From the NCBI GenBank assembly GCA_016748015.1, contig JAAOMT010000597.1:571176-635175 (forward strand): a DNA stretch of 64,000 bases, in the 5' to 3' direction. Positions 1 to 12,825 of the stretch are shown here, piece by piece. How positions within the stretch are numbered: the first letter of the stretch is position 1; each line of letters opens with the position of its first letter. The DNA comes from Geosiphon pyriformis uo1 (lineage: Eukaryota; Fungi; Glomeromycota). A program made the translations under genes and the position numbers. The notes under the pieces were generated by a model. It was given only the letters and a program-made list of their open reading frames with translations. It had not been told where the DNA came from and searched no databases.

Positions 1-274
1 TGGTTCCCCTATTGCTGCTGCTGCATTTAAGAATTCAATGCTGGATTTGGATATGGCTTTGAACAGTGCTTCAGTACTGAGTGCTTCTTGTCTTTCTCTT
101 GTGGTTGATGGTGCACATAATCTTAGTTCAAGCAGCTCCAAGGTTCTCACCAGCAAAGTTGGTGGTCTAGAGACTAAGTTGGCTTCATTGAAAGCTTCTA
201 TTGGTTTAGTGTTGGCTAGATTAGATCTTTTATGTTCTGGTTTGAGTTCTCTGTCATCTTCTGTGCCCCAATGA
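1..274 (+). pseudogene. LINE copy 1 ORF1, C-terminal part
   Basis: SSSKVLTSKVGGLETKLASL matches the ORF1 end of copy 2 (21833-22429); stop TGA at 272-274. Confidence 0.9.
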
Positions 275-3200
275 GTAACCTGGTTTGGAAGTTTGTTATG
301 TGCAATGTTCGTGAAATTAATATTCTTGCTAAACAGAAAGATGTAGTATGCTGACATAAGTGGTCAGGCAATATAGTGTCTTTTATTACAGAAACCAAGC
401 TACATTCAAGTGTTGGGTCTTGGATAGCCAATAAATTTGAGGGTGTTCAAGTTTTCGCTTTTGGTTTGGAAAAGGGTTTTTTAGGTGCTGGCATGACTGT
501 CATTGTGAACAATTCCTTGGCTTGTCATGTGTTCAAAGTAGAGGAGGTTCCTGGTCGATTGATTTCAGTATGGCTCTTATTTAAGAGCAAGTTGTTGGTT
601 ATATTGTTAGGCTTATATGCTAGTGCTTCAGCTGAGGCTCATTTTTGTCAGGCTGTGGAAGTAAACTCTCTTATAGCTAAGGCTGTTAACTCCAGCACTT
701 TTGTGATTTTGGGTGGGGACTTTAATGAGAATAGTTCAAGTAGAAGTGCGAGCTTCAGGTTCTATCTGAAATTGGGTTTGGTCAATGCATTTACCAACCA
801 TCAACTGGTGGGAGCTTTCACATGGAGCAATTCCAGAGGGGCTAAGAAGACAATTGATTATGTTTTTGTCAGTAGAACTTTGGCATCTGCTCTTGCTAGT
901 CATTAGGTCAAGTCTGTTTCTGAATTCTTTGACACTAATTACAATGCTGTTTTGGTTTCGGTTGGCTTGGGTGGACTTTTGGACATTCAGTTGAATAGCT
1001 TGCGCAAACAGGCTAATAAGAATCAGTGAAAGTTTAAGATTAAGAATGTGGATGGCTTCAGATGGACTAGATTCAAAGATTATTCCTCTGCCATGCTTTT
1101 GGTGGCTACAGATGAGTTTTCTAGTGCTTTGGTTCTTGGAAATATAGATGCTGCATGGTCAATCCTGAAGGAAGTGATGATTGCTTCAGCTGATGAAATA
1201 TTTTCGAGATGTTGGTTCAGTGAGTTTTAGTGCTCTAGAAATAAGCATTCCTCTAAGTTTTTTGGGTTGGAGCTTTTGGTTGCCAAAATTGTTAGGTGCT
1301 TCTGCTCTGGAGACATGCCTAAGATCGAGTGCTTTGTGGGGAAGTGGTCAACTCTTGATGATACCAGAGCTCATGTCTTTGCTGACTTGTGTGAATCTGG
1401 TGTGAAATCTGAGGTGATTTTTAAACATTTATTATTGGTGCGTAAAGATTACAGAAAATCAAAGCTGTTTAAGTCAAGGTTAGCTGAGGAAGCTTTTATC
1501 AAAAAGGCAATAGAGCAACACATGAAAAAATTTTGTTCAGATAAGGGTGGCATGATTAGGAATGTCTTGAATTGGCCTTTCTGCAAAGTGGTTTTGGATT
1601 ATTTGGTGGTGGATGAAGAGCTGGTGTTGGAGCTGGATGACATGAAGCTTAAAGTTAATAAATCATGGAGGGGTGGACAAGGAAGAGGGATGTGTTGCCA
1701 GTTTTGTCTAATCTTTGGGCCCACCAATATGCTTCCTTGAATTATGTAAAGGATGATGCCTTTTCAGACGTGATGAGTGTGATCAATAAGGGTAAACTAC
1801 TTTTAGTTGTTATGGGTCTGCCAGATGGCAAGGCTGCTGGCTTGTCTGGCATTGCTAATGAGTTTTGGAAACATGGTGGAAAATTGGTGTTGGGATGTTT
1901 TTTGAATATTTTGAATGTGTGTCTGGTGTCGGGATGTGTTCCCATTCTGTGAAGAAGAGCTTGGATTTCTATGATTCCTAAACCTTACAACTGGGATGGG
2001 ATTCTAATGAACACTCAGCCGATTGCACTTATCGAGACTGCCAAAAAGATTTTGTCCAAAATTCTTTCAGACCAAATTTTGGCCACTTACAGCAAGTTTG
2101 GTGTTCTTCGTGGGGACAATTTTTCTGTTTTAAAGAGTACATCTACACAGTCTTCTGTGTTTGCAATAGGCTTAGTGATTGAAGATGCATTGGAAAAAAA
2201 TTGGAAACTTTGGCTGGTTCTGCAGAATATGCACAAGGCGTATGACTCAATTGGTTGACATTACTTGGAAGCTAGCTTGAGGCATATTAAAATATGTGAT
2301 AAGTTTATCAAGTTCTTTGGCAGCATTCATACAGATAGAGTTAATAGGGTCATGACAGATTTTGGTCTTTCAGATAACTATGTAGTACATGATGGCTTAG
2401 ATCAAGGTGAGGTTTTTTCTCTCCTTCTCTGGAGAATCTTCTATGATCTGCTCTTGTGTGAAGTTAAACAACATGAACATTTGTGTGGATATTAAATTGA
2501 TACTAAGTTTGTGGCAAAGACTGGCAGAATTAAAAATGTTGGTAGATTAACCTCTTTCTTTGCGGCTGGTGCTTTTGTAGATAATACAATATGAGTTGGA
2601 GATTGTCAGACATCTACACAATATGCTCTGAATATTGCTAGTGAGTTTTTTTCAATTAACAACATTTCTATTAATAATGAGAAGACAGTGGCCATTTCAA
2701 TTAATCAGGGTGTACAAGTGACTTCTTTGAGTATTAGTAGTCGGCCTATCTCTATTGCCAAAAAGAGTGAAGCTTATCGTTATTTGGAGATATTCTTGTC
2801 TACTGATGGACTGTCCAAGCCCAGTTTTGCTAAGGCCCATTCTGACATTCGATTTTTTATCAATGTAGTGCTCAGAAAAGCAGTTATGGATAAACAGTTC
2901 TCTTATTTGGTGTTAGCTGTTTTGCAGCCTATTATTAGTTACTGTACCCAGTTCAGCTTCGTGTCTTTGAATGTGTGTCACAAGTGGGATGTCATGGTCA
3001 GAAAAGGTCTCAAAATCAAGGCCTGCCTCCCTCACAACTTTTCTGATGCAGCTTTACATCATTCTTTGTTATATGGCTTGAAATCTTTTAAGCAATTGCA
3101 GTCTGAGAGCAAGTTGGCTGCTGTGGTCTCTTTTTCTAATGCTTTTGGCATTCTGAAGTGTTTGTTTAACCACAGATTTTTGGATTTGCAGGTTTTGAGT

Positions 3201-4961
3201 TGGGCTCCCTTGGATCTTTTGCAGTTTCCTGTTAGGTTGCATGTCAGTCCTGTAAACAATTTTCTGGTTGGTATGGTTAGGATTTTTTTGCATGATGGAC
3301 TCTCTTTGGTGAACCACCTGCCTAGTGCTTTCCGTAGCCCTGGTGTTTTTTCTATGTCGTCTGTTCTGGATGGTTTTCTTTATTATGATTTTGTTTGTTT
3401 TTTGAAACGTTTTGGTGTTGTTTTTGCAGATAGGTTGCTTGATAAGAAAGATTATGTAATGGATTGAAAAACTTTCTATCAGTGAAAAAGGCTTGATCTG
3501 AGGAGGCCTGTTCCCTTTTGGTTTGGTCTGACCAGTAAGTTTTTGGTTGATGGTAGTATTCTGCTATCTGGTTCTTTTTGGTCTGTTGGGTGTTCTGGTT
3601 TGAACATTTTTGACTCTGAGGAATTTTCTAAGATGCAGAGTTGTCTACATGAGTTGTGGTCTAGTTCTTTTGAAGTTTTTATGGATGGTTTGCTGGTGAA
3701 TACTGGGTCTGGTGATGTTGCTGACGGCACAGCTGTTTACTTTTTTTCTGTGGATCTTAGTATTAGTGTGGGTATTTCTGGGCTATTGTCATCTACTTTG
3801 GCCAAGTTGCAGGCTGTTATGTTGGCATTGGAATGTGTTCCATCTTCTAGTATGGTGGCATTGCATTTTGACAGCCAAGCTGTCATCAATGCTTGTGTGT
3901 CTGAGATGTCTTTTGCTGTGCCTGATTTTTGTGTTCCATGTTGGGTGGAGAGGTGTTATATTTTCAATCTTAAAAAAGAAAAAGATCTTAGTGTGAATTG
4001 GGTTAAAGTTAAGGGACATTCTGGAGTTTATGGTAATATTAGAGCTGATTTTGCTGTTGGTGCTGCTATTTGTTCTCAGTTTTTTATGTCTGTGGAAGTA
4101 CAGAAATGTTTTTTGAAGGCTGATGGCATGGTTTTGTTTGGCAATATTTGTCATTTTGCTAGGGACTTACATAAGTCTGTCTGTCGTGCTTGCTGGGAAG
4201 CTGGTCCTAACTGTGATGTGATTCCAGGTAAGCTGGTGGGGTGTGTGAACTGGACAGCTACCTCAAGAGTGTGGCATCTTGATTCACATATGCTTGCTGG
4301 TTTTACTAGTCAAAAGTCTTCTGGTCTGTGGTTGTATCTGATGAAAGCTGTTTACCGCCACCTACCAGTGGCAGTTCAGAAGAGGTTATATAACAAAGGG
4401 TATCCTGGTGTGCTTTGCTTACTGTGTGGTGAGGTAGAGTTGCCTGATCATGTTCTTTTATGCATTTTGGATGCTAGCATTTGGGAGGAGATTTTGGCTG
4501 GAGCTTTTACTTTGTGGGTCTCCCTGTTGAGTCCTTGTTTTTTGATATCTTCTGTCACTTTGATGTTTCTTAATAGTTGTTCTTCAGATGTTGGTCTTTA
4601 CTTGGTTTTGTGCAAGGGTTTTGTAATGTCAGACTGGTGTCTTGAGGCCATTGATGCTTTCAAGAATAAGAAGAGGACTGCTGGTATTGTCATTGATTTT
4701 GTTAGGGGTGTGGTAGAGTTGCATTATACTAAAGTCTAGTTGATTAGGACTAAGCATAGGGTGGATATAGAGAGAGCTGGTTTGGTTAAAGATGGTGGGT
4801 TGGTTTTTGGTCTGCCTTGTTGTGCAGCTTCTGCTTTGTCAGATAGTGTGGTTAGATTACTTGGTATTTTGGAGTCTTTCATTGTTAATTTTGGCTGTCG
4901 TCGGACTTGTCTGTTCTTTTCTGGTTTGGATTTTAACCTGCAGGTTGTTATAGGTGTATAG
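271..4961 (+). pseudogene. LINE copy 1 ORF2 (APE endonuclease-RT-RNase H-CCHC), disrupted
   Basis: ATG at 271 (MSNLVWKFVMCNV); collinear ORF fragments broken by stops mostly at former Trp/Gln/Arg codons and a frameshift near 1665. Confidence 0.93.
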
Positions 4962-5083
4962 TGTTGCTTTGTCTGGCCTGAGTGGCTAGCCATATGTAGA
5001 AAGTGTGTGAATCACATTTAGTTTGGGTCTCTTAGTTTGGCTCTATGTATTAGATAGTGATTGGGCTTTACTCTTTAAACGCA

Positions 5084-5101
5084 TAATAATAATAATAATA
5101 A
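5084..5101 (+). repeat. (TAA)n 3' tail of LINE copy 1
   Basis: taataataataataataa directly after the 3' UTR. Confidence 0.85.
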
Positions 5102-5600
5102 AATATTTAAATTATAATATTTTGGTATTATTAAAGATAATTTAATAAACATATTAATAAATAAAATAAGTATTTATATAAATATATTTGTTAAATATTT
5201 TGGCTTATTAAGTATTATTTATAAAATATTTGTGTATTTTTTTAATTTAAGTATAAATATTAATATTAGTATATATAGTTTAATGTTTTTAACTTTAATT
5301 AATTTATTTATTATTATTTTATTATTAAAGTGTATTTTAGTTTTTAATATAATAATAATTTATTTAGGTAATATAAACAATAATTAGGCCACTTTATTTG
5401 CTGATAATACTTTAAATTTAATAATTATATCTATATAATTTTTATAAATAATTTGTTTTTAAAATTTAATTCTTTAAATTATTTTTGGTCTTAAGTAATA
5501 TTTTTACTATTAGTATATTAATAATTAATTTAGTTTACAAATTATTATATATTATAGATTAAATATTTGATTATTTAGTATTATTTTAATTGGTTTAAAT
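5102..5600 (+). pseudogene. Hyper-mutated RNase H region of an older LINE copy (the likely target of copy 1)
   Basis: Reads ISIYINIFVKYFG..IFVYFFNL..SLMFLTLINL..LLKCILV, an AT-shifted version of the VYTDGSL..AAVYF..GLLSSTLAELQ..LECVP segment of the other copies. Confidence 0.55.
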
Positions 5601-6581
5601 AGTTAATTATATATAAAAAGAATATAAATTATGTTTATTTTAAGATCTTTAATAGTTATAATATAATAAATAATAATTAAAACTTATTAAAATAAAATAA
5701 AATAAAAATTTCAATAATTTATAAATTAAAATATATATTTTTGTTATTAAAAATTCATTTTTTTTTATATATTTAAAGCCAAATATAATTAATATAATGT
5801 TTTTAAAATTTTAATAACTTAATTATTTATTTTTAATTATAATAATTAACAAAATAATCATTTTTTTATTTTTTTATTTTTTTTTAGAAATTTGTAATTA
5901 ATTTAAAAAAAACTAAAAGTAATATAAATAACAATAAAATAATAATAAATAATTTAGTAAAAAAAAAGCATACTTTAAATTAATCTTATTAAAAGTTTTT
6001 AGCTTATTAAAAAAACAAAAAATAATAATAAATTTTATTAATTACATAAATTAGATTAAATACAACTCATATAATACAATTAAAGAATAATTAATAACAA
6101 TATTATTATTAATATTAAATTTTAAAAAGGTTTAATTTTTTTGTTCTTTATATAAAAAATGTTATGAATAAACTATTTAAAAAAACCATTAAAAAATTTT
6201 TAAATGTTATAAAGACTTTTAAATATTATAAAATTAAGTACCAAAAACTGTTTTATTTTATTTAAAACTTTATTATTTGTAATACTAGTTTTAATATAAT
6301 TAAAGTACTATTAAAAATATCAAAAAATGAAGTTTTTTAATAATTTAAATAAATTAACAAATTATAAAAAAGAAAAAAAACTTAAAGATAATAATATTTT
6401 TAAAAAAAATTTTATTTAAAGCCAAAAAAATGTTTTAATATTAATAAAAAGCTATTTTGCTATAATATTATTTAAAAAAAGCATTTTTATAAAATATTAT
6501 TAAGTAGTTTTTATAATTATAAGTGTGTTTTTAGTAAAATAATTTTAAATATTAAAGTATTTACAATTTTTTTTTCTTTAT

Positions 6582-6586
<5 letters not shown>

Positions 6587-6618
<32 letters not shown>

Positions 6619-6720
6619 GATATATATATATTTTTTTATGGAAATTTAATGAGTGTGGCCAAATTATTATCTAAAAATTAGAAACAAACTAAGAATTCTA
6701 ATGCTAAATATAGTTTATAT
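6587..6720 (-). mobile_element. 3' end (UTR and TAA tail) of a further LINE copy, interrupted by Gypsy-1
   Basis: (TTA)n at about 6587-6617; 6645-6720 aligns to the reverse complement of the copy 1 3' UTR and to 17041-17111 of copy 2. Confidence 0.7.
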
Positions 6721-7629
6721 TATTACAGGTGATTATTTGGGATATAAAAACAAATACCATATCTGTAACTTGGTGCTTAATAGTTAAAGATTTTAGTATC
6801 TAAAAGTTTTGATTAAGTTTTTTATATAATAAACAAAGATTTAATAGTTAGTTTTAGTAGTCTCCTGGAATGTTTATTTTATCAAATTTTTTTTTTCAGT
6901 ATAATGGCCAGTTTATTTTGACAGTTATGTCCTTTTAGTAAACTATCTGTTAATTTATAAATTTTATACTCTTATTTTTGGATTTTTTACCAAGCTATCT
7001 TTAATATCAATTACTCAATACTTAATCTTTTAATCTGTTAGTAAATCAACATAACAAAAAAGAAAATTAAAAAAATTAAAAAAAATTAAGAAGAAAATAA
7101 GAAATTAATATTTTGTCAATAGCTGTAATTAAGAACTATTGTTTTAGTATGGTTAAGTATTAGATATTATTAACATAAAGTGTTAATAACAGATAAGTAA
7201 TAGAGATTCTTAATTAAATAATAATAATATGGATTAGATAATAATAAGTATGTTTTATTTAATATTTTATTGATAAATTCATTCTGATAGATATTAACTA
7301 TTTGTAAAGTGAGGGTTAATTAATAGATAAAAAAAAGAATACTAAATTGGAACTAAACCAAATTTTAAATACTTTTCTTGCTTTTAATACTATTGCTATA
7401 TATATAGTTGGTATTATACAAAATTCTTGAAATCTTGCAATTCTTTTAAAGAAATTCTGGAATTCTGAAATTTTGGAATCCTGCAATTTTTTACAAAGAA
7501 TTTTGAATTTTTAGAATTTTAGAATCCTATAATTTTTTTAAAAAAATCCTAGAATTTTTTTGTTACTATGCCTATTTCTGATTGGCTATTTTTTTAATTA
7601 TATATTACTCTTATTTTCTATGAGTAATA
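6721..7629 (-). repeat. 3' LTR of Gypsy-1 (LTR family A)
   Basis: Termini TATTAC...GTAATA (decayed TGTTAC...GTAACA); homologous along its length to the solo LTR at 23083-23993. Confidence 0.88.
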
Positions 7630-7644
7630 TTATTCCTTCCTTTT
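7630..7644 (-). other. Polypurine tract of Gypsy-1
   Basis: Minus strand AAAAGGAAGGAATAA abuts the LTR; equivalent tracts start at 12826 and 41541. Confidence 0.8.
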
Positions 7645-8355
7645 AATATTAAGCTCTGTTGAAATTTTCTAAGCTTTCTAGATTTTCCTCTTAGATTAAC
7701 TTCATAATTTCTTTCTCCAAAATTGCTTTTGTAATTTTGGTCTGTAATTTTTTAAATTAAGCATTAGTTAATTTTTCCAATTAATTAATAGTTACTATAT
7801 TCATTGTTAGATATAGTAATATTTTTGGTCTGTTTTAAAATTTTATCTATAGTCAGTAAATAATTCTTATGTGTATAAATAAATTGTTCTTTTCAACAAG
7901 TTGTTCAATTTATTATAGTCAACTTGAATTAAATTTCTTTTTTATTTTGTTAGTATATAAGTTTTTGATACTTATCTGTTGTTCCAACTGATAGTAACAA
8001 AAGTTCTTTGGATTTTGTTGTATCTATTAATTTCAATTATCTAAGATTTATTCTTTTTTTAGTATTAGTATTCTTAGATCTTCCAATGTTTTTTTTATTT
8101 TTCCTATTATCTTATCTATAGTGTTTTCAAAAATATAGTGTCTAGAATATTGTTCTTTGGTTTGGTCTTTTTGCATTATTTCTTTGTCTTTGGATTGAAT
8201 TATGTATTTATTGATGATAACTTCCAAGCTTAATTCCTGTTGTTAAATCAATTGTAATAGTTGTTATGTAAATGAATAAATGTTATCAGTCATTTCTATT
8301 TTTTTTTGTTGTTTTTGTTATGTATACTGGTTTTTTATATACTGTTATAGTAGAT

Positions 8356-9700
8356 TACTTCGACATGTTTGCTTCAATGATGATAATTGGTTTTAGATCT
8401 TATGAAATTTTATCTGGTTTAACTAGTATTCTTTGTATTTTTAATTGTAGAATATTATTAATAAATAATAATGCTATATTGTAATATGGTTTCAATCAAT
8501 CTCTATGTGCTGCTTTAGCTAAGCTTTTGTTGTCTTATCTTAGTTTATAAGCTTTATTTTCTAGAATTTTTTTAATGTAAAATGATTTATCCTATTTGGG
8601 ATCAAATTTTTTACTTCATTGTTTTTCTGCTTTGGTATAATATAAAAATACTTTGTCTTTAATTTTGAATTTAATTGGTTTATCTGGTATTTGGTTATTA
8701 TATCATTTTTTTTGTTTTTTTGTAACCTTTGAATGTTATTAGCTGTTTTTTTTTTTGTTTTTCAATATTTCTATTAGTTTATATGTTCTTTTTAGCAATA
8801 TTTTTTGGAAGTTGGCTTTTATTATTGGTTCTATTGGATATGTGTTAATATTTATCTTAACTAGTAATATTGCTGTTTTATCATAAACAAGTTCAAATAA
8901 TGTTGTTTATGTAATATTTGTTTTATTGTTTAATAAGCAAATAGTATTAATAGTATAAACAAATTCTATTCATTCTGGTTTTTTTGTCTGATTTTTGCTA
9001 TTGTTTCACATAATGTTCTGTTGAATTTTTCTACTAAGCTATTTGTTTGTGAATAATATAATGATAATAATAGTCTTTTAATTCCAAATTTTTGACTTAA
9101 TTCTGTTAATATTCTGTTTACAAAATAAGTTTTTTGATCTGATAATAATTTTTTTGAACATCTGTATTTACAATTAAAGCTTGGTAAATAAATTCAGCTA
9201 TAGATTTTGCATTTGCTTTTTGGATTGCTTTTACTTTTGGCTATTTAGTAAGATAGTTTATAGCTATTGCTATATAATGATTGTCTTTACTAATTATTAT
9301 TAATAATTCAACTAAGTTAATTCCAATTTGATTAAATAGTTGTCTCACTTTAATTAGTCTTAATAGTATATTGAATCTTGTCTCTTCTTTTCTTTAACAA
9401 GCATTACAATTTTGAATATATTAAATAATGTTTAAATGTATTAATAGCCAATAATATCTTTTTCTGGTTTTTTCTATGATTGCTTTTTTATGAAAATATT
9501 TTGCTGTTGAATACATATTGAATAGTATTGTTTCTTTTTCTGGTTCCATAATAATTTTAAGTGGTTGATCTAGATATTTTCTGTTTTTCTGATATAATAT
9601 ATCTTAATAAATAATAAAATATTTTGATTGTTGTTTTATGTTGTTTTGTTTTTTTTGAAATAATTTCTTCTTAAACTGCTGAGTATTAATATAATATTCG
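8356..9700 (-). pseudogene. Gypsy-1 integrase (degenerate)
   Basis: Remnants IGINLVEL, IAIAINYLTK, ISDQKTYF, LVEKFNRTLC, and C-terminal AYKLR..AAHRD*LKPY..KPIIIIE; boundaries approximate. Confidence 0.8.
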
Positions 9701-9779
9701 AATTGTTGATATTTTTGTGTGTTTATCTTTTGTTATATTTTTTTGGATTGAAACTATTAGCATTTCCGTTTTTTTTTTC

Positions 9780-11050
9780 TTATAATGTATCATATAATTG
9801 AATAGTGATAGTTTTATTTTCTATCTTATATAATAGTTATTTCTAAATTCTTGCTTCTGGATTGATGTTAACTCTTTGTGGTTAGTGTACACATCAAACT
9901 TTTAACTCAAATATTCCTTTTATTTAATAACAGCCTAATAAATAGCCAAATGTTTTAATGCCAGAGTTCTATAGTTCTTTTCAGTTGAGCTTAAGCTTTA
10001 ACTGACATATGCTACTAGATGTTTTTTTTTATTTGATTTTTTTTGTAATAATATGGCTCCTAATACTTGATTTAATATATCAGTGGTAATAATAAATAAT
10101 TTGCTGTAATCTGGATAGATTAATACTGGTGCTTAGATAAGTTTTTTTCTTAATATGTTAAAAGCTTTTTGTTCAGTTTCAGTCTATTTATATTTTACAT
10201 TTTTTGCTTGGAACTAATAAAGTAGTTAAGCCAGTTTAGAAAAGTTTTGGATAAAATAACAATAATATCTAGCAAATTCCAAAAATGTTCTTAATTTTAT
10301 AAGATTTGTTAATACTAGAAAGTTCTTGACTATCTTAATCTTATCTGAATTTATTTTGATGCTGTCTTTACTTATAATATGTCCCAAAAACTTGAGTTCT
10401 GTTTTGTTAAAAAAACACTTGTTTGCATTTAATTTTAACTCAGCTTTTCTTAATTTTTTGAATATTTGTTGGAAATAGTAGAGATGATTGTTAAATGTTT
10501 TTGAGAATACATTAGTATTATTCAAGTAGAGTACTATTAATTTCTATAGTAATCCAGTATAGATGATTTCCATAAGTCATTGAAAAATAGCTAAAGCATT
10601 TATTAAGCTGAAAGACATAATATTAAATTCAAAGTTCTTTTCTCTGGTTGTAAATGCTGTCTTCTCTTTATTAGCTGGACTCATGACTACTTGTCAGTAA
10701 CTACTGTTTAGATCCAATGTTGAAAACCATTTTTTTTTTCAAATGCATCAAATAGTTTTTGAATTTGTAAAATTAGATAGCTGTTTTTATAAGTAATATT
10801 GTTGAGTTTTTTGTAATTTACACAAAAACAGATTTTTTTATTTTTCTTTTGGACAAGTATTACTGATAATAACTATGAACTTATTGATAGTTGAATTAAT
10901 CTGTTGTCTAACATTCTGTTAATTTTTTGTTAAATAATTTTATGGCTTGTTAGTAGTACTCAGTATGTTTGTTGTTTGATTGGCATAGCATTTCCAGTTT
11001 TAATTTGATGCCAGATAATATCAGTTCTGCCAAATTTGTTTTCACTGGCA
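9780..11050 (-). pseudogene. Gypsy-1 reverse transcriptase and RNase H (degenerate)
   Basis: ORF 10226-10525 plus upstream WFSTLDLNSSY*Q and KTAFTT; RNase H VAYVS*SLS and VYTNH. Confidence 0.85.
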
Positions 11051-11559
11051 AAGATATCAGTAAAATTGCTAAGTAGTATTTTGAGCTATATATATTAAAG
11101 TGGGTTTAAGTTTCTCAAGTTTATTTGGTCTAATTGTTTTGGTTAAAGCAAATAATATTTTTCTTTTCCATATATAATTTGTGATGTAATATTTACATAT
11201 CTGTACAGTTATAGAAAATTTGAAATAGTATTTGGTAATTGGTTTTCAACTTCAGTACTTAAATATCTGATAATAGTACTGTTTGGTATTTTAATAGTGT
11301 TTCTAATTATGTTGTAGATAAAAATTTTGATGTGTTTACAGTTTTTGGTTAGTATGTAGAGATTGGTGATTCTAATTTTTTTTGATTTACAAATAGTTGA
11401 TTCTGCTTCAAAAATCTAAGACTGGTCTCTTATTTTCCTTTTTATTACTAATATATACTGATTATATAGTAGAATAAAAACTGATTAATAAGTAGAAATA
11501 ATTTTTTCTTTATTAATTATTTTTTTTTCTGCTATATTGACTAATACATCTATTTTACT

Positions 11560-11892
11560 TATAGATTCAAATCTATTTTTCTTTTTGGCTGTGATTTCTA
11601 GTTTTTTTCTTGTTTTTACTGGCACTAATTAAGTTATTTTTACTAAAAATAAGAATATTATTTATGTTATTTTTTTGTTTGGTTTAATTATATATGGTTT
11701 TTTTGATTTATTTTGTAGTATTACAATGATATTTCTTACATATTTTGCATTAATTATTCCTCTTCTGATGTTAATTTTCTTCTTCACTAAATTAGATCTA
11801 GATGCTAATTGAACTATTATTGTTGCCAAAATTTCTAGCACTATTTTTAGATTAATACTAGTGTGCAAATATGGTTTTAATTTGATGATTAT
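11560..11892 (-). pseudogene. dUTPase domain of Gypsy-1, cut by the Gypsy-2 insertion
   Basis: QLASRSNLVKK-INIRRGIINAKYVRNI..KKIT*IIF are G>A/C>T-decayed dUTPase motifs II (RSS), III (GIIDxxYxG) and IV (KIAQ). Confidence 0.8.
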
Positions 11893-12825
11893 TGTTACAG
11901 ATAATTATTTAGGGCTGAAAACAAATAAAAAACCTGTAATTTGGTGCTTAATAGTTGGTATAGTTGATATTATCTAAAGGTTTTTGTGATCTAAAGGTTT
12001 TGTATCTAAAGGTTTTGTATCTGAAGGTTTTGGTTGAATTTTTTATATAATAAATAGAAATTCATTGGTTGTGTTAATAGCTTTTTGGAATAGTAATTCT
12101 ATTAATTTTTTTTTAGTGTAATAGCCAGTTTATTTTGGCAGTCATGCCTTTCTGGTAAGCTATCTGTAAATTTTTTAAACTTTATACTCTTTTTTTGTGA
12201 TTTTTTACTAGGCTATTTTTGATTTCAATTATTCAGTACTTAATTTTTTTTTAATTAGTTAGTAAATTAACAAACAACAAAGAAATGAAAGAAATAAACA
12301 AAATTAAAAAAAAAAAATAAGAATTAGTATTTTATCAATAGCTGTAATCAAAAGCTATTGTTCTATTGTAGTTAAGTATTGGCAATTATTAATATGAATT
12401 GTTGATAGCAAAAAAATGGATTGCAATAGTAATAAATATTTTTATTAATATTTGATATTCTTATTTTAAATTATAGAATACTATCATATAAAAAGAAAAA
12501 TATAGAATTAGAACTGAAGGTTCTAAACTAAGAATTTTGTTTTTTTTGTTTCTAATATTATTGCTATATATACATAAATTTTATTATATGAAATTTCTTA
12601 AATTTCTCAATTTTTTAGTCAGAAATCTTGAAATTCCTGGAATTTTGTAATTCCTCAAGAAAAATTTGGAAATTTTGAAATTCTGCAATTCCTCATATAG
12701 AAATTCTATAATTTTGAAATCCTACAATTTCTTTAAGAGAAATTCTAGAATTTCACTTTTACTATGTCTATTCTGATTGGTTAATTTATGTATTAATATA
12801 TACTTTTTATATTATATAAGTAACA
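11893..12825 (-). repeat. 3' LTR of Gypsy-2 (LTR family A)
   Basis: TGTTAC at 11893 and GTAACA ending at 12825, followed by the PPT. Confidence 0.9.

Larger units (their letters stand above)
1..5101 (+). mobile_element. LINE (non-LTR retrotransposon) copy 1; 5' part lies outside the window
   Basis: ORF1 C-terminus, then ORF2 with APE (NVREIN, ETKL, GDFN, TIDY), RT (QNMHKAYDS, GLDQG, AFVDN), RNase H (FMDG, DSQA, WVKVKGHSG) and CLLC-x7-H-x3-C; 3' UTR and (TAA)n tail at 5084-5101. Confidence 0.95.
6721..11892 (-). mobile_element. Ty3/Gypsy LTR retrotransposon 1, degenerate, 5' part missing
   Basis: Minus-strand order dUTPase-RT (YLNN from YLDD, LKFLGHII)-RNase H-integrase-extra frame-PPT-3' LTR; RT-RH-IN order defines Ty3/Gypsy. 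Confidence 0.9.

Noticed and set aside
1742-4993. Antisense and alternative-frame ORFs over the LINE copies
   Set aside because: Shadow ORFs with no conserved motifs between copies
5600-6586. Possible additional TE relics here and at 15900-17000 and 24790-25930
   Set aside because: Too AT-saturated to assign by eye
7645-8370. Extra Gypsy frame as an envelope gene
   Set aside because: No visible signal peptide, furin site or transmembrane anchor, and it is short; kept as an unknown frame
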